Source: Patescibacteria group bacterium (lineage in GTDB: Bacteria; Patescibacteriota; Patescibacteriia; 2-01-FULL-39-33). Taken from it: a stretch of 64,000 bases of DNA. Shown piece by piece: positions 63,708 to 64,000 of this stretch. Both the position numbers and the translations under genes were made by a program. Positions within the stretch are counted from its first letter, which is position 1. The number at the start of each line of letters is the position of its first letter. The notes under the pieces are model-generated. The model worked only from the letters and a program-made list of their open reading frames with translations, searched no databases and was not told the DNA's origin. The stretch lies in the NCBI GenBank assembly GCA_041649575.1, contig JBAZMW010000004.1, positions 21,687 through 85,686 of the forward strand. Reading direction: 5' to 3'.

Positions 63708-64000
63708 TTAAGGCGTACCTGTTCCAGTAGAGGCTCTGTTTAGCTGATCGACGATAAAATAAGAGATGGAGTAGGAAGCTAAGACGATCACTAGTCCAAT
63801 GGTAGCGGCGATAATAATATCTTTGGCTTTTTTGACTTTTCCATCGTCGCCGCTAGCGATCATCCAGATGAAGCCGGCATAGATAATAAGCATGATGAAG
63901 ATGACGCCGAGAATTCCCAAGGCTACGCCGATTATTCTGCCGACAGCGATAGGCAGAGCGTTTTCACTGGCGTCGCCGCCCAGGCCGGAATTTTCTTTGA
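63708..64000 (-). CDS. small two-TM membrane protein, pilin-like (TrbC/VirB2-like?), 5' end outside window
   Basis: Open frame continues upstream of the listed TTG start to the window edge (...NSGLGGDASENALPIAVGRIIGVALGILGVIFIM...); two hydrophobic helices. Confidence 0.4.
   Translation of the reverse strand, partial: KENSGLGGDASENALPIAVGRIIGVALGILGVIFIMLIIYAGFIWMIASGDDGKVKKAKDIIIAATIGLVIVLASYSISYFIVDQLNRASTGTGTP

Overview
This 64 kb window appears to come from a low-GC (about 38-42%) bacterial chromosome and spans the replication origin, with the gene order rnpA-rpmH-oriC-dnaA-dnaN. Most of the window is housekeeping content: tyrS, valS, rluD, rpmF, nusB, rnc, pilT, hup, rny-ymdB, clpP, nrnA, rbfA, infB, trmD, rpsP, smc, polA-holA, rpsT, yidC-yidD-rnpA-rpmH, dnaA, dnaN, a class A PBP, ruvC and yebC. 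It also holds one 16S rRNA gene on the minus strand with no 23S or tRNA-Ala nearby, and about 11 tRNA genes. The gene repertoire and the small genes are compatible with a small-genome bacterium, possibly from the Patescibacteria/CPR, but that is an inference. Several non-standard features stand out. (1) A family of miniature inverted-repeat elements (TIR GTCATTSCGAGG ... CCTCGCAATGAC) is inserted in frame into cca and polA, with a possible relic in smc, and also has an intergenic copy. (2) A strongly GC-rich island (about 31.2-35.5 kb, 60-68% GC) carries four co-oriented genes of unknown function, separated by a recurrent, highly structured repeat. (3) tRNA loci repeatedly show a complete tRNA nested between partial copies or halves of a tRNA-like gene, or a tRNA 3' end duplicated after a roughly 150-160 bp GC-rich hairpin insert. 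(4) A tRNA-Ile2-type gene encodes a UAU anticodon. (5) Several small GC-rich stand-alone genes have their own promoters and terminators, including a 43-aa hydrophobic peptide. Many other short GC-rich segments are scattered through an otherwise AT-rich backbone, so the window is either mosaic from horizontal transfer or possibly a chimeric assembly. All protein calls rest on motif recognition by eye, because no database searches were possible.
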